The notes below the pieces were generated by a model. That model was not told the origin of the DNA, did not search any database, and saw only the letters and a program-made list of their open reading frames with translations. A stretch of 58,453 bases of DNA from an uncultured virus (IMG/VR IMGVR_UViG_3300002835_000037). Taxonomy: Duplodnaviria > Heunggongvirae > Uroviricota > Caudoviricetes. The first letter of the stretch is position 1; every line of letters begins with the position of its first letter. Positions 37,566-47,814 of the stretch are shown one piece after another. The stretch lies in IMG/VR virus record IMGVR_UViG_3300002835_000037, one strand, 5' to 3'. Both the position numbers and the translations under genes were made by a program.

Positions 37566-37784
37566 ATGGCAAAAGTAATTTTAGAATATGATTCTATAGA
37601 AGATGCTAGAGCAGCTATAGACGGATGGTATTGGCAAAATGCAATGTGGGAATTAGATCAACACTTAAGATCTGAAATAAAGTATAATGATGTGGTAAAT
37701 GAAGAAACTAAAGATACCTATGATCAAATTAGAAAAAAGATTAGAGAAATTTTAAGTAATAACAATATAAATTTAGACTTATGA
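37566..37784 (+). CDS. Hypothetical protein
   Basis: 72 aa. Confidence 0.65.
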   Translation: MAKVILEYDSIEDARAAIDGWYWQNAMWELDQHLRSEIKYNDVVNEETKDTYDQIRKKIREILSNNNINLDL

Positions 37785-37859
37785 ATGAGACTATTGAAAT
37801 AATAGCTACTACTATCATGGCTTTGAGTTTATTGTTGTTTTTATATAAATTAATAAAAG

Positions 37860-38048
37860 ATGTCTAGATTAAAATGTATTAAATGTGAAAAACCTGCTAC
37901 CACAAGATATAGTCCTGATTTAGACATTGAAGGTATTGGTATGTGTGATGAGCATGAAAAAGAAATAAAACTTGATTTACTTATTGCGCAGTTTGATTCT
38001 AAAGGTTGGGAAAAATTTGAAAAGAAATATTGTAATACTAAAAAGTAA
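37860..38048 (+). CDS. Small Zn-finger protein
   Basis: CIKC...C.EH. Confidence 0.6.
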   Translation: MSRLKCIKCEKPATTRYSPDLDIEGIGMCDEHEKEIKLDLLIAQFDSKGWEKFEKKYCNTKK

Positions 38049-38398
38049 TGTTTTCAGGAAAATTTATAAAAAAAGAAGGAAAGCTTGTTTATAGCCGTAT
38101 TCAGGATAAACTTGCTTATGAAATCTTTGTAGAAGGGTTGTCTGAGAATCAAGAAATTGAAATGTTTCTTGATCTTATAGCGCATGATCATACTAAAGCA
38201 CAACTTGCAAAAGTTCATGCTTGTATTAGAGAATTGGCAAAAGAATCCGGTTATACTTTTGAAGAAATGAAACTGGTTATAAAAGAACAATCTGGACTAA
38301 CTGGTAAGTCTTTTGGAGAGTGTAGTAAGAGTGATTTAATGTTAGCTATTGAAGCATGTATTCAAATAGGCAAAGATCAATTTAATATTAATCTTTAG
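38048..38398 (+). CDS. NinB-like hypothetical protein
   Basis: QLAKVHACIRELA..SGYT.EEMK. Confidence 0.55.
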   Translation: MFSGKFIKKEGKLVYSRIQDKLAYEIFVEGLSENQEIEMFLDLIAHDHTKAQLAKVHACIRELAKESGYTFEEMKLVIKEQSGLTGKSFGECSKSDLMLAIEACIQIGKDQFNINL

Positions 38399-38714
38399 AG
38401 TCGGGTTCAGATTCTTCTGGTTTAACCATATTATCTACATTGATTTCTTTTTCTTCAAAAGCATCATTCAAAGTAGCTTGTCTTTCAATCTCACCTAGTA
38501 ACAAAGTTACTGTATAAAAAGATCTTTGCTCATCTGTCATTTCTGCGTAAGGCTTTTTAATCAATGTTTGTAAAAACTCTTCTGTAATACCTTTTTTTTG
38601 TAATTCTAAAAAAAGATTATATAATAAAGCTTTTACCATGATGTAAAAACTCTTATTGACAGGAACATTGATGATAGCATCATCTTTTATTTCTTTAACT
38701 TTTACTGTACTCAT
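38388..38714 (-). CDS. Hypothetical protein (lone minus-strand gene)
   Basis: Likely start MSTVKVKE at 38714; fills the gap between plus-strand genes. Confidence 0.65.
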   Translation of the reverse strand: MSTVKVKEIKDDAIINVPVNKSFYIMVKALLYNLFLELQKKGITEEFLQTLIKKPYAEMTDEQRSFYTVTLLLGEIERQATLNDAFEEKEINVDNMVKPEESEPDSKD

Positions 38715-38745
38715 AAAATTAATTTTTATCAAAAGTATAAAAAAA

Positions 38746-39444
38746 ATGGATTTATCTGAAATTAAACAAAAAATGTTTGTCAAACTAACTGATAGTGGGT
38801 GGGATAGAATTTTTAAATCTTTTATATTTAGTTCTGAGTTTGATGATATAATATTAAAACTATGGAAGCTAAGCCAAGAAGAAAAAAGGTTTACACCACC
38901 TCTAAAATATTTATTCAGAGCATTTGAAGAATGCCCTTATGATAAACTACAAGTGGTGTTCATAGGACAAGATCCTTATCCAAAACTTGGTGCTGCCGAT
39001 GGTATTGCATTTAGTTGTGCTAATAGTAATAGCATGCAGCCCAGTCTTAAATTTATCTTACAAGAAGTTGACAGAACTGTATACAATAATGATGTGGTAA
39101 GTAAAGATTTGGATCTTAAAAGATGGTCTAATCAAGGAATGCTAATGCTTAACACCGCACTTACTACTGAAGTGCAAAAGATTGGGGCCCATTATGAAAT
39201 ATGGAAATCATTTACTGCATATTTATTAGATTGGTTAAATAACTACAATCCGGGATTAATTTATGTGTACATGGGTAAAAAAGCTGAAGAATGGTCTGAG
39301 CTTACTAATGATAATAATTATAAGTTTACTGTTAAACATCCTGCTTCTGCTGCTTATACTGGCAGTAAATGGGATAGTAATGATATCTTTAATAAGATAT
39401 CTAAAGTTGTAATGGAAAATAATGGTTACAAAATAATTTGGTAA
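38746..39444 (+). CDS. ung: Uracil-DNA glycosylase (family 1)
   Basis: GQDPY, GIAFS, LNTALT, HPAS; start ATG 38746. Confidence 0.9.
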   Translation: MDLSEIKQKMFVKLTDSGWDRIFKSFIFSSEFDDIILKLWKLSQEEKRFTPPLKYLFRAFEECPYDKLQVVFIGQDPYPKLGAADGIAFSCANSNSMQPSLKFILQEVDRTVYNNDVVSKDLDLKRWSNQGMLMLNTALTTEVQKIGAHYEIWKSFTAYLLDWLNNYNPGLIYVYMGKKAEEWSELTNDNNYKFTVKHPASAAYTGSKWDSNDIFNKISKVVMENNGYKIIW

Positions 39445-39445
39445 A

Positions 39446-40033
39446 ATGACAGAAATCTTTAATAAACTCATCAGAGAAGGTTTAACACCTAACACTTTTT
39501 ATGTATTATATTGTGTCAAAGAAAAAATTGTAGTAGGCAACTTTGTAAATAAAGCATTAGAATGCACAAAATTACGAAATGATGGTTGGCTTGATGGAAA
39601 TTTGCAATTAACATCAAAAAGTATTATCTTTATTACTGAAATAGATGGTTATTTCAGAAAAGCAAAAAAGAAAACTACTACAGATTTATTAGGAGATTCT
39701 TTTATTGAAAACATAAAACAATACAATGAGATATTTCCTAATATAAAACTTTCTAGTAGTAAATATGCTAGAGTAAATCCTAAAACTCTTGAGAATGGTT
39801 TTAGATGGTTTTTTGAGAATTATGATTATTCTTGGGAAGTAATTCTTAAAGCTACATTAAAATATGTTAATGAATATAGTATTCGTAGATATGACTATAT
39901 GAGAACATCACAGTATTTTATCAGAAAACAAAATACTGATAAAACTTGGGATTCAGATTTAGCAACTTATTGTGAACTAATAATCAGTGGAGAAGATGAA
40001 GTAATAGATTATTTTAAAGAGAGAGTAGATTAA
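39446..40033 (+). CDS. Hypothetical replication-associated protein
   Basis: 195 aa upstream of DnaB. Confidence 0.65.
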   Translation: MTEIFNKLIREGLTPNTFYVLYCVKEKIVVGNFVNKALECTKLRNDGWLDGNLQLTSKSIIFITEIDGYFRKAKKKTTTDLLGDSFIENIKQYNEIFPNIKLSSSKYARVNPKTLENGFRWFFENYDYSWEVILKATLKYVNEYSIRRYDYMRTSQYFIRKQNTDKTWDSDLATYCELIISGEDEVIDYFKERVD

Positions 40034-40212
40034 TGAAAAATAAAAAGTTTTTAATTGCTTTAGCATTTTTAGGAACTTTGTTAGGTTGGTCTTTAACAGA
40101 TATTTTCATAATTAAGTTAAGTATTTTACAATTTATAGGAATTGAGATACTTATAACTTTATTTCATGGATTATACAACCAAACAAAACTGAACATAATT
40201 AAAAATTCATAA
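40033..40212 (+). CDS. Small membrane protein (59 aa)
   Basis: Hand-translated MKNKKFLIALAFLGTLLGWSL...; TAATG overlap. Confidence 0.5.
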   Translation: MKNKKFLIALAFLGTLLGWSLTDIFIIKLSILQFIGIEILITLFHGLYNQTKLNIIKNS

Positions 40213-40213
40213 T

Positions 40214-41239
40214 ATGAATCAATTCAATGGAGCCGCACCTTTAATACCGGTAAGTGAGAGAGATGCTCTCAAAAAAGCAATTTATAAAATAGATGCTAGA
40301 AGAAAAGGAAGACTGAAGTCATTAAAAAGTGCTTGGCCAAAATTTAATGATGCATTTTGTGATGGATTAGAATGGAGAACTATCACCGTTGTTGGTGCTA
40401 GACCTGGAACAGGTAAAACTTTATTTATGGAACAATTAATTGATGATATTATTCAATTTAATCAAGATCATGAATTTAGAATACTTAAGTTTCAGTTTGA
40501 AATGCTTGATGAAACCAATGGTATTAGAAAGCTTAGTTTAAATACAGGTTATGATTACAATTCTTTAATGAGTAAAGCAGAACCATTAGATGATGCTATA
40601 TTTAACAAATGTGTTAATCTTTATCGCAAATCTGAAAACAGAGATGTTATTGATGTTGTGTATGATCCTTGTACAGTTGATGTAATGTGTGCAACAATAC
40701 ATCATCATATGGAAAAACATGCTGTAATGATTCAAGATAAAGATGGTAAAATGGTTAAAAAGTACAATAACATGCTTGTTACCATAGACCACTCAGCACT
40801 ATTTAAAGTTGCCAAGGGAGAAAAAGATAAGTTTGAGATGCTGTATGCTCTAGGAGAAGCCCTTACTTATATGAAAAAACATTACCCTATAGCTTTTGTG
40901 GTGTTGAGTCAGCTCAATAGAAATATTGATCATCCGGACAGAGCTCGGGATGGAGAATATGGTAATTATGTATTAGATTCTGACTTATTCGGAGCAGATG
41001 CCTTATTGCAACATGCTGATGTAGTATTGGGTATAAATAAACCATCTATTAGAAAGATCAGACAATATGGTCCAGAAAAGTTTATCATTGAAGATGATGA
41101 TACTCTAGTATTTCATTTTCTTAAATCTAGAAATGGTCTTACTAAAATTAGCTTCTTTAAATTAGATAGACAAAACATGAGAATCGTAGAGATGGATCCT
41201 CCAGCACAAGCTACAGCAATGAGTATAAAAAACAAATAA
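40214..41239 (+). CDS. dnaB: DnaB-like replicative helicase
   Basis: GARPGTGKT, FEM, IDH, LSQLNR, ADVV, KSRNG. Confidence 0.9.
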   Translation: MNQFNGAAPLIPVSERDALKKAIYKIDARRKGRLKSLKSAWPKFNDAFCDGLEWRTITVVGARPGTGKTLFMEQLIDDIIQFNQDHEFRILKFQFEMLDETNGIRKLSLNTGYDYNSLMSKAEPLDDAIFNKCVNLYRKSENRDVIDVVYDPCTVDVMCATIHHHMEKHAVMIQDKDGKMVKKYNNMLVTIDHSALFKVAKGEKDKFEMLYALGEALTYMKKHYPIAFVVLSQLNRNIDHPDRARDGEYGNYVLDSDLFGADALLQHADVVLGINKPSIRKIRQYGPEKFIIEDDDTLVFHFLKSRNGLTKISFFKLDRQNMRIVEMDPPAQATAMSIKNK

Positions 41240-41245
41240 TAAATT

Positions 41246-41848
41246 ATGGATAGAAAAAAGAAAGAAAAAGAGTATTTTGCATATCATGCAAACACTTTTA
41301 AGAATTTAAAGCTTGCAAGTCCCAATTTTACATTAAAAATGGCTTTTTATGAAAAAGGTAAATTTGGAAGAAACATTCAGCTTTATGAAAGTGAGCTTAA
41401 AAGAAATGAAGATCTTTATATGGAATTCATTGATGTAATAAGAGATGATCGGGGAAATGAAGTGGATTATTCTCCTATGTTAGAAGACAGACCTCTCTTT
41501 AAATTTAAGGCTAATCCTTTTTTTGCTGAGGAATATGAGCTTAGAGAAAGATCTGGAGGATATTCTGTATACATTATTTCAGTAAGTGAATTGATGGTTA
41601 TACAGGAAGATGGAACTGAAATTTCTTATGCTCTTTATGAGAAAAGAAAAGAAGAGCAAAAAGCAAAAACAGACAGCTTACCTAAATTACAAAGTACATT
41701 ATCAGTATTTCCGGATTTTGAAGAAGAAACTCTTGTCAAAAAATCTGATTTAAGTATTGATATTACACTTGAAGATGAAGAGTCAGTTTCAGATATTCTT
41801 AACAGAATGGCAAAAGATTTTCAAAAATTAGCATTAAAATTTGAATAA
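41246..41848 (+). CDS. Hypothetical protein
   Basis: 200 aa. Confidence 0.7.
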   Translation: MDRKKKEKEYFAYHANTFKNLKLASPNFTLKMAFYEKGKFGRNIQLYESELKRNEDLYMEFIDVIRDDRGNEVDYSPMLEDRPLFKFKANPFFAEEYELRERSGGYSVYIISVSELMVIQEDGTEISYALYEKRKEEQKAKTDSLPKLQSTLSVFPDFEEETLVKKSDLSIDITLEDEESVSDILNRMAKDFQKLALKFE

Positions 41849-41849
41849 C

Positions 41850-42575
41850 ATGAGTATAGTACTTCCAACTAAAAAAGTGCAGGCTGAAAGACAAAATCCT
41901 AAAAGAATTGTGATTTATTCTAAGCCTAAGACTGGTAAAACTACTGCATACGCAGGACTTGAAGATAACCTTATTTTAGATTTAGAGAACGGGACAGACT
42001 TTGTTGAAGCTCTTAAAATAAAAGTAAATAATCTTCAAGAACTTTTGGACACTGGTAAAGCAATCAAAGCTGCAGGTAATCCATACAAGTTTGTTACTAT
42101 TGATACAGTTACAGCCTTAGAAGATATGATACAACCTCTTGCTATCAAACTTTACCGGGCAACACCGATGGGAAAGAACTTTGATGGTGATAATGTAACA
42201 ACACTACCAAATGGGGCAGGTTATTTATATATCCGTCAAGCATTCTTCCAAGTTTTAGATTTTATTGATACATTAGCGCCCACAATTATTCTATCAGGTC
42301 ACATAAAAGACAAAGTGGTAGATGATAAAGGTGAAATGGTCATGTCTGCAAATATAGATTTGACAGGTAAAATAAAATCATTGATTTGTGCAAATGCTGA
42401 TGCTATTGGTTACATGTATAGAAAAGGTAATAAAACTATTTTGTCATTTAAGACTAATGAAGAGGTTACATGTGGTGCAAGACCAGAACATTTACGTAAT
42501 CAAGAAATAGTAATTACTGAAATAATTGATGGAGAGTTAAAAACTTCATGGGAAAAAGTATTCATTAACAAATAA
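41850..42575 (+). CDS. AAA_24/Sak4-like ATPase
   Basis: YSKPKTGKTT, LDLENG, IDTVT, GAGY. Confidence 0.8.
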   Translation: MSIVLPTKKVQAERQNPKRIVIYSKPKTGKTTAYAGLEDNLILDLENGTDFVEALKIKVNNLQELLDTGKAIKAAGNPYKFVTIDTVTALEDMIQPLAIKLYRATPMGKNFDGDNVTTLPNGAGYLYIRQAFFQVLDFIDTLAPTIILSGHIKDKVVDDKGEMVMSANIDLTGKIKSLICANADAIGYMYRKGNKTILSFKTNEEVTCGARPEHLRNQEIVITEIIDGELKTSWEKVFINK

Positions 42576-42586
42576 AATAAAAACAA

Positions 42587-43261
42587 ATGGGATTAAGTAC
42601 AACTGATTTAGGAGGTGGTTCCTCTTTAGCAAAAACAATTGCTCCAGGCAATCATGTTTTAAAAGTAAATAACATTGAATTAGAAGATTTTCGATTCATT
42701 GATGGTGCAAAGCACTTGATATTACATGTAGAAACAGAGCCAATTGAGGGCTTTGAAGGTTTTTTGCTTGATAAAGATGATGAAAGTAAAGGCAGATATA
42801 CCGGTCAAATTGGTAGAGTGAAAGCAAGTCAATATGCTTTTGCTGATGGTGAAACAAAATCTGGTATTAAAATTCAAAGAGATAGATCTGTTTTAATATT
42901 TTTACAGACTTTATCTAAAGCATTAGGAGTAAATGATTGGTTTGCTGAACAAGACGGTAAACATGAAACACTTGAAGACTTTGTTGATGCTTTTAATATT
43001 CAAGCTCCAATTAAAGATAAATATCTTAGGATGTGTGTAGCAGGTAAAGAATACTTGAACAAAGCTGGTTATACTACTTATGATATGTGGTTACCTAAAG
43101 CAGATAATAAAAAGTATGCACTTACTGAGTTAAATTCAGATAAAGTAATCACTTTTGATGAAACTAAGCATTTGAAAAAGTTGGAAGTTAAAGACGTAAA
43201 TAATTTTGGAAATGATGATTTTACGAGTCCTGATATATCTTCTGATTTCAGCCTAGATTAA
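42587..43261 (+). CDS. Putative single-stranded DNA-binding protein
   Basis: After the Sak4-like gene; acidic/aromatic C-terminal tail; terminator at 43270-43300. Confidence 0.55.
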   Translation: MGLSTTDLGGGSSLAKTIAPGNHVLKVNNIELEDFRFIDGAKHLILHVETEPIEGFEGFLLDKDDESKGRYTGQIGRVKASQYAFADGETKSGIKIQRDRSVLIFLQTLSKALGVNDWFAEQDGKHETLEDFVDAFNIQAPIKDKYLRMCVAGKEYLNKAGYTTYDMWLPKADNKKYALTELNSDKVITFDETKHLKKLEVKDVNNFGNDDFTSPDISSDFSLD

Positions 43262-43310
43262 TTAATCTTAGGGGGGAGTCAAAAGCTTCCCCCTATTTTA
43301 TTTTAAAGAT

Positions 43311-44291
43311 ATGATATCTACTAAAAATATAGTTTCTCAATTAGAAGACATACCTAAAGAATGGGTTTTTGAATTTTATCTAAATTTATCTGAAAAACTT
43401 ACTGGTCAAAGTGTAAAAATTAAATCTATTTTTAATAGTAAAGAAAAAACACCTTCAATGTATATTTATTTAGATGATAAGAATACTTATAAATTTAAAG
43501 ACTTTTCATCTGGTAACGGTGGAGATGCTTTAAATCTAGTACAACTTTTATTTAATCTACCTACTAGAGCTAATGCATCATTTAGAATACTTGATGATTA
43601 TTGCGAGTATTTAAAAACTAATGAAAAACCTGTAATACAAGAACTCAAGTCTCACAGTAAGTTTAGAGTAGATGATTATGAAATAAGACATTGGAACAAC
43701 TTAGATCAAAACTATTGGTCTGCTTTCGAAATAGGATCTAAACTTTTAGAACACTATAATGTGGCTCCTCTTAAATTCTATATAATGGTTAAAGAAGATA
43801 ATTTAGGTATACAGTCTAAAATGACAATATCTACTAATTATACTTACGGCTATTTTAAAAAGGATGGTACTTTATATAAAATTTATCAACCTAAAGTAAA
43901 GGATAGTAAATTTATTAAAGTACGGGATTATGTACAAGGTACAGAACAACTAAGAGGTGATAAGCAATTTTTAGTAATTACATCTTCACTAAAAGATTTG
44001 ATGGCTTTTAATAGATTAAATATAAAAGATGTTGAATCTATAGCTCCGGATAGTGAAAATTCAATGATTCCTGTAAACATTATGGTAAATGCTATAAAAC
44101 ATTATAAAAAAGTGTTTTTACTATTTGATAATGACGAGCCTGGTCAAAAAGCAGCTCAAAAATACAAAAGTATGTTTGGAATAGAAATTATAAATCTTCC
44201 TATGGAGAAAGATTTATCTGATTCAGTAAAAGTACATGGTATTGAAGCTGTGAGAAATTTATTATTACCTTTATTAAAAGAAGCATTATGA
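43311..44291 (+). CDS. DNA primase (Toprim)
   Basis: EKTPSM, FKDFSSG.GGD, LFDNDEPG, KDLSD. Confidence 0.85.
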   Translation: MISTKNIVSQLEDIPKEWVFEFYLNLSEKLTGQSVKIKSIFNSKEKTPSMYIYLDDKNTYKFKDFSSGNGGDALNLVQLLFNLPTRANASFRILDDYCEYLKTNEKPVIQELKSHSKFRVDDYEIRHWNNLDQNYWSAFEIGSKLLEHYNVAPLKFYIMVKEDNLGIQSKMTISTNYTYGYFKKDGTLYKIYQPKVKDSKFIKVRDYVQGTEQLRGDKQFLVITSSLKDLMAFNRLNIKDVESIAPDSENSMIPVNIMVNAIKHYKKVFLLFDNDEPGQKAAQKYKSMFGIEIINLPMEKDLSDSVKVHGIEAVRNLLLPLLKEAL

Positions 44292-44713
44292 GTTGGATTC
44301 ATCAAGGTAAAGAATTTGAGGATGGTGATATACCTGCAGGAGCAATTGGATTTATTTATAATATGTCTGCGATCATTAACAATAAATCTGTTTCTTATAT
44401 AGGTAAAAAGAACTTCTTTGCCAATATTAAAAGACCTCTGGGTAAAAAAGCTCTAGCAATGTCTACGGACAAAAGACTAAAGAAGTACAAAAGAGAAATA
44501 AAACCGGATTTTAGAAACTACTACAGCAGTAATAAAATCTTGAAAGATGCTCATAAAGGAGGTGTTATGATTAAAAGGGAAATTCTAATGATTTGCTACT
44601 CAGCAATGGAATTAACTTATCAAGAAGTAAAGCACCAGTTTCAATATGAGGTGCTTGAAAAAGAGGAATATCTTAACGGTAACATTCTTGGCCGCTTCTA
44701 CAAAACAAAATAA
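44288..44713 (+). CDS. GIY-YIG-like nuclease
   Basis: GFIY...YIGKK...YYSS...REIL...N.NILG. Confidence 0.7.
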   Translation: MSWIHQGKEFEDGDIPAGAIGFIYNMSAIINNKSVSYIGKKNFFANIKRPLGKKALAMSTDKRLKKYKREIKPDFRNYYSSNKILKDAHKGGVMIKREILMICYSAMELTYQEVKHQFQYEVLEKEEYLNGNILGRFYKTK

Positions 44714-44714
44714 T

Positions 44715-44930
44715 ATGAATAAAGACAGACATATCTGGGAAGGTTGGACAGTTCAGGCATTTATTGATGACTTAGAACCAACGTTTAACATGATTATGGA
44801 TAATAACTCTTGGCAAAAGCCATTTAAGAGTAAAGAGGAAGTGAAAGCTTGGTGTAAGTCTGAACAGCCTTACTACAAGAAACACATTCCTGAAGTAGCA
44901 AAATATTTTATTCAAAAAGCAAAAGTATGA
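44715..44930 (+). CDS. Hypothetical protein
   Basis: Start MNKDRHIWEGW at 44715. Confidence 0.65.
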   Translation: MNKDRHIWEGWTVQAFIDDLEPTFNMIMDNNSWQKPFKSKEEVKAWCKSEQPYYKKHIPEVAKYFIQKAKV

Positions 44931-45331
44931 CAGAAAATGAAATGACAGGCCTTCTATTTAAGTTGGCTGACCTTGGCATTACTGGTATTAAAGTACATTA
45001 TGATGGTGGAGGAGATTCCGGTTCCATAGAACAAATTGCTTATACTAAAATAAAGTGTGATACTCCAGAAGATGTAAATGATAATGTAGATGTTTGGGAG
45101 TATGATGCAAATTTAGCAAAGTTAGATTCAAGTGCTTATTCTAAAATTGCAGAGTTTGCACATGAAACTATTCTTGATGATATAGAAGACTGGTGGAATA
45201 ATGAAGGTGGTTTTGGAGATTTATGTATATGTGTTCCTTCAGGAAAATATATTGTAAATAATCACGTAAGAATTACTGAAACTGAAGACTATACTCATGA
45301 AGGCAGTTTATTAAATAAAGTAAAAGAGTAA
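44927..45331 (+). CDS. DUF6878-like protein
   Basis: YDGGGDSG.IE; DWWNNEGGFG. Confidence 0.65.
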   Translation: MTENEMTGLLFKLADLGITGIKVHYDGGGDSGSIEQIAYTKIKCDTPEDVNDNVDVWEYDANLAKLDSSAYSKIAEFAHETILDDIEDWWNNEGGFGDLCICVPSGKYIVNNHVRITETEDYTHEGSLLNKVKE

Positions 45332-45678
45332 TGGCACATCCTCTAGAACATTCTAAATCATCTGTTAGAAGATGGAAAGGTCAACTATCTGATTATCAAG
45401 CTATTCACGAGTGGTTAGATGAAACAAAAGGATGGTTAGGCCATTCTTTACATAGAATGTTCCGGCACCATAGTGAAGGAATATTTGAATGTGAAAGAGT
45501 ATTTGGTAAAAGCTTTATTAATTCTGACGGTAAAACAGTATATACTAGATATGTTGCAGAACAACATGTTAAAGAGGATTGCAATGGATATATACCAAGT
45601 GCAAAAGAATGGGTTACGATGATAACTTCAGGAAAAACTGAATCTTGGGCTATAAAAACACTTAAAATAGAAGACTAA
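45331..45678 (+). CDS. DUF6915-like protein
   Basis: MAHP..HS.SS...W.G, HR.FRHH..G, EQHV.ED. Confidence 0.7.
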   Translation: MAHPLEHSKSSVRRWKGQLSDYQAIHEWLDETKGWLGHSLHRMFRHHSEGIFECERVFGKSFINSDGKTVYTRYVAEQHVKEDCNGYIPSAKEWVTMITSGKTESWAIKTLKIED

Positions 45679-45988
45679 TGGAAGATGTAAAGATTAAAAT
45701 AGTTTTTAGAAATGAAACAAATTCTGATGAAAAAGAATTATTTATAGAATTTGAATGTAAAAAAGATGGGGATACAAAAGCTACTAATGTTGGTTTAGAT
45801 CCACTTGTATTTAATACAGAAGCTTCATTTATGGGTAATATGTATATGGATACTCTTAATGTGTTAATGACTATAAAAAAGTTACTTGATAATAAAGAAT
45901 CTTATGAAGGTCTTCACATACTGACTAGAGCAGAGTATAAAGAATATGTAACAAAAGTATTAGGACTAAAAATTGAAGACTAATGGAA
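45664..45988 (+). repeat. 20-bp direct repeats flanking one ORF
   Basis: AAAATAGAAGACTAATGGAA (45664-45683) and AAAATTGAAGACTAATGGAA (45969-45988). Confidence 0.75.
45678..45983 (+). CDS. Hypothetical protein between direct repeats
   Basis: 101 aa; ends LKIED* like the preceding gene. Confidence 0.65.
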   Translation: MEDVKIKIVFRNETNSDEKELFIEFECKKDGDTKATNVGLDPLVFNTEASFMGNMYMDTLNVLMTIKKLLDNKESYEGLHILTRAEYKEYVTKVLGLKIED

Positions 45989-46078
45989 AAACAACTGTTT
46001 ATAATTGATGGTTACAAAATATGGGCAACTTCATATGAAGAAGCTTTAGAACACTACAAAATGATTTTAAAATTTTAA
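45983..46078 (+). CDS. Small hypothetical protein (31 aa)
   Basis: MEKQLFIIDGYKIWATSYEEALEHYKMILKF; TAATG overlap. Confidence 0.5.
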   Translation: MEKQLFIIDGYKIWATSYEEALEHYKMILKF

Positions 46079-46089
46079 ATTATATACCA

Positions 46090-46506
46090 ATGAGTAAAAT
46101 AATTTTTGACAAAGAAGAAACAAAGAATCTGATTAATATGCTTAGATCTTCAGATGCTGATAATCATACTATAGCATTTGAAGCATTAAAAAATGTAAAT
46201 ATACAAAAATACATAGGAGAATTAATTGTAATGTATAAGTTTAGCGGTCATTCTAAAAATACTTGGTCTGAACAGTGTCCTAATGTTTTTAAGAAACTTG
46301 AAGAAGTTATAGTTAGTAAAGGAGGTGTATTAGAAAGCCTGACAAGCCCGCAAACATTAGCAGTACTTACAAAAGTAGTAGGATCTTCTAACTCAATTGA
46401 ACTGTTTATGGAGTATTTTGTAAAAAATATGACGAATGTTCTTGAAGGTATAGGTTATCCTATTGATAAATTTGAAATAACCATTAAACTAAAAGACAAT
46501 GGATAA
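46090..46506 (+). CDS. Hypothetical protein
   Basis: 138 aa. Confidence 0.7.
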   Translation: MSKIIFDKEETKNLINMLRSSDADNHTIAFEALKNVNIQKYIGELIVMYKFSGHSKNTWSEQCPNVFKKLEEVIVSKGGVLESLTSPQTLAVLTKVVGSSNSIELFMEYFVKNMTNVLEGIGYPIDKFEITIKLKDNG

Positions 46507-47803
46507 ACAACAAAGTCTTAGTAAAACGAGTAAAGAGCTAATGTTGAAAGAGCCCTATTATGGGTTCTTTCTCATTATGCTTAATAAAATATGGGACAGT
46601 AAAAGAGTTCCTACAGCAGGTGTAAGTAAGAATGGTATTAATTATCAACTTGCTATTAATCCTAGCTTTTGGGAAAGTCTGAATGATAATCATAGACTTG
46701 GATTATTGAAGCATGAATTGCTTCATATTGCATTTGGACATCTTACAACATTCTTTAAGTTTACTGATAAGAAACTTGCAAATGTTGCAATGGATATGGA
46801 AATCAATCAGTATATTGATAAATCTTGGCTTCCGGGCGGAAATTATACTAAAGAAGAGTTTGATACTCTTAAAGCAAGTATAATGTCTGAATTAGAGAAT
46901 GCTAAGCAAAATAATGCTACTGAGGAAGAGTTACAAATTATTGCAAGTAAACTTCCTCCTAGAGGTATTATGATTGAAGATTATGAGGAATTAAATCTTG
47001 ACTTAAAAGCTGGCTCTAGATACTACTATGATAAACTAAAGCAACTTCAGGACAAAAAAGATCAAGAAGGTAGTTCTGGAAGTTCAGCAATGGACCAACT
47101 TCTTGATGACATAGCAAACGGTGATGTTCCTGATCATAGCACATGGGATGAGTTTGAAAACATTACAGAAGCAGAACAAAAACTGATTGACAAGCAATTG
47201 CAGAAAGTTTTATCCGATGCTAAAGAGCAAACTGTAAAGAAAAGAGGAACAGTCCCTGGTGAAATAGAAGGTGTTATCATTATAGAGGAGATTGTTCCTC
47301 CAAAATTTGACTGGAGAGGTTTTATCAGAAGATTTACAGGAGTAAGTACTAAAGTGTTTACTAAGAAAATCAGAAGAAAAGAAAACCGTAGGTTTGAAGC
47401 TAATCCCGGTCTTAAAGTAAAAATGAGACAACATATGTTGTTAGCCATTGATACTTCAGGATCTGTAAGTGATGATGAGCTTAAAGAATTTATGAGTGAA
47501 ATCTACCATATTTACAAGTGTGGTGTTGATATTACTATTGTACAATGTGATACAAGAATCAGATCAATTGAACCTTACAAAGGTAAATTTGAAATGGTAG
47601 TGCAAGGTAGGGGAGGAACTGAGTTTGACCCTGTCCTAGAGTATTTTAATGAAAACCAAAAGAAATATACTAGCCTGGTATATTTTACTGACGGTGAATG
47701 TTGGACACATGTAAAACCAAAAGGAAATGTTCTTTGGGTTATATCCGAAAGATCACAAATGAATAATGATCTTCCTGGAAAAGTTATTAAATTAGAATTA
47801 TAA
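46499..47803 (+). CDS. Metallopeptidase-like (HExxH) + vWA domain protein (DUF2201-type)
   Basis: KHELLH; DTSGS MIDAS; GRGGTEF; YFTDG. Confidence 0.85.
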   Translation: MDKQQSLSKTSKELMLKEPYYGFFLIMLNKIWDSKRVPTAGVSKNGINYQLAINPSFWESLNDNHRLGLLKHELLHIAFGHLTTFFKFTDKKLANVAMDMEINQYIDKSWLPGGNYTKEEFDTLKASIMSELENAKQNNATEEELQIIASKLPPRGIMIEDYEELNLDLKAGSRYYYDKLKQLQDKKDQEGSSGSSAMDQLLDDIANGDVPDHSTWDEFENITEAEQKLIDKQLQKVLSDAKEQTVKKRGTVPGEIEGVIIIEEIVPPKFDWRGFIRRFTGVSTKVFTKKIRRKENRRFEANPGLKVKMRQHMLLAIDTSGSVSDDELKEFMSEIYHIYKCGVDITIVQCDTRIRSIEPYKGKFEMVVQGRGGTEFDPVLEYFNENQKKYTSLVYFTDGECWTHVKPKGNVLWVISERSQMNNDLPGKVIKLEL

Positions 47804-47814
47804 AAAAAAGAAGT

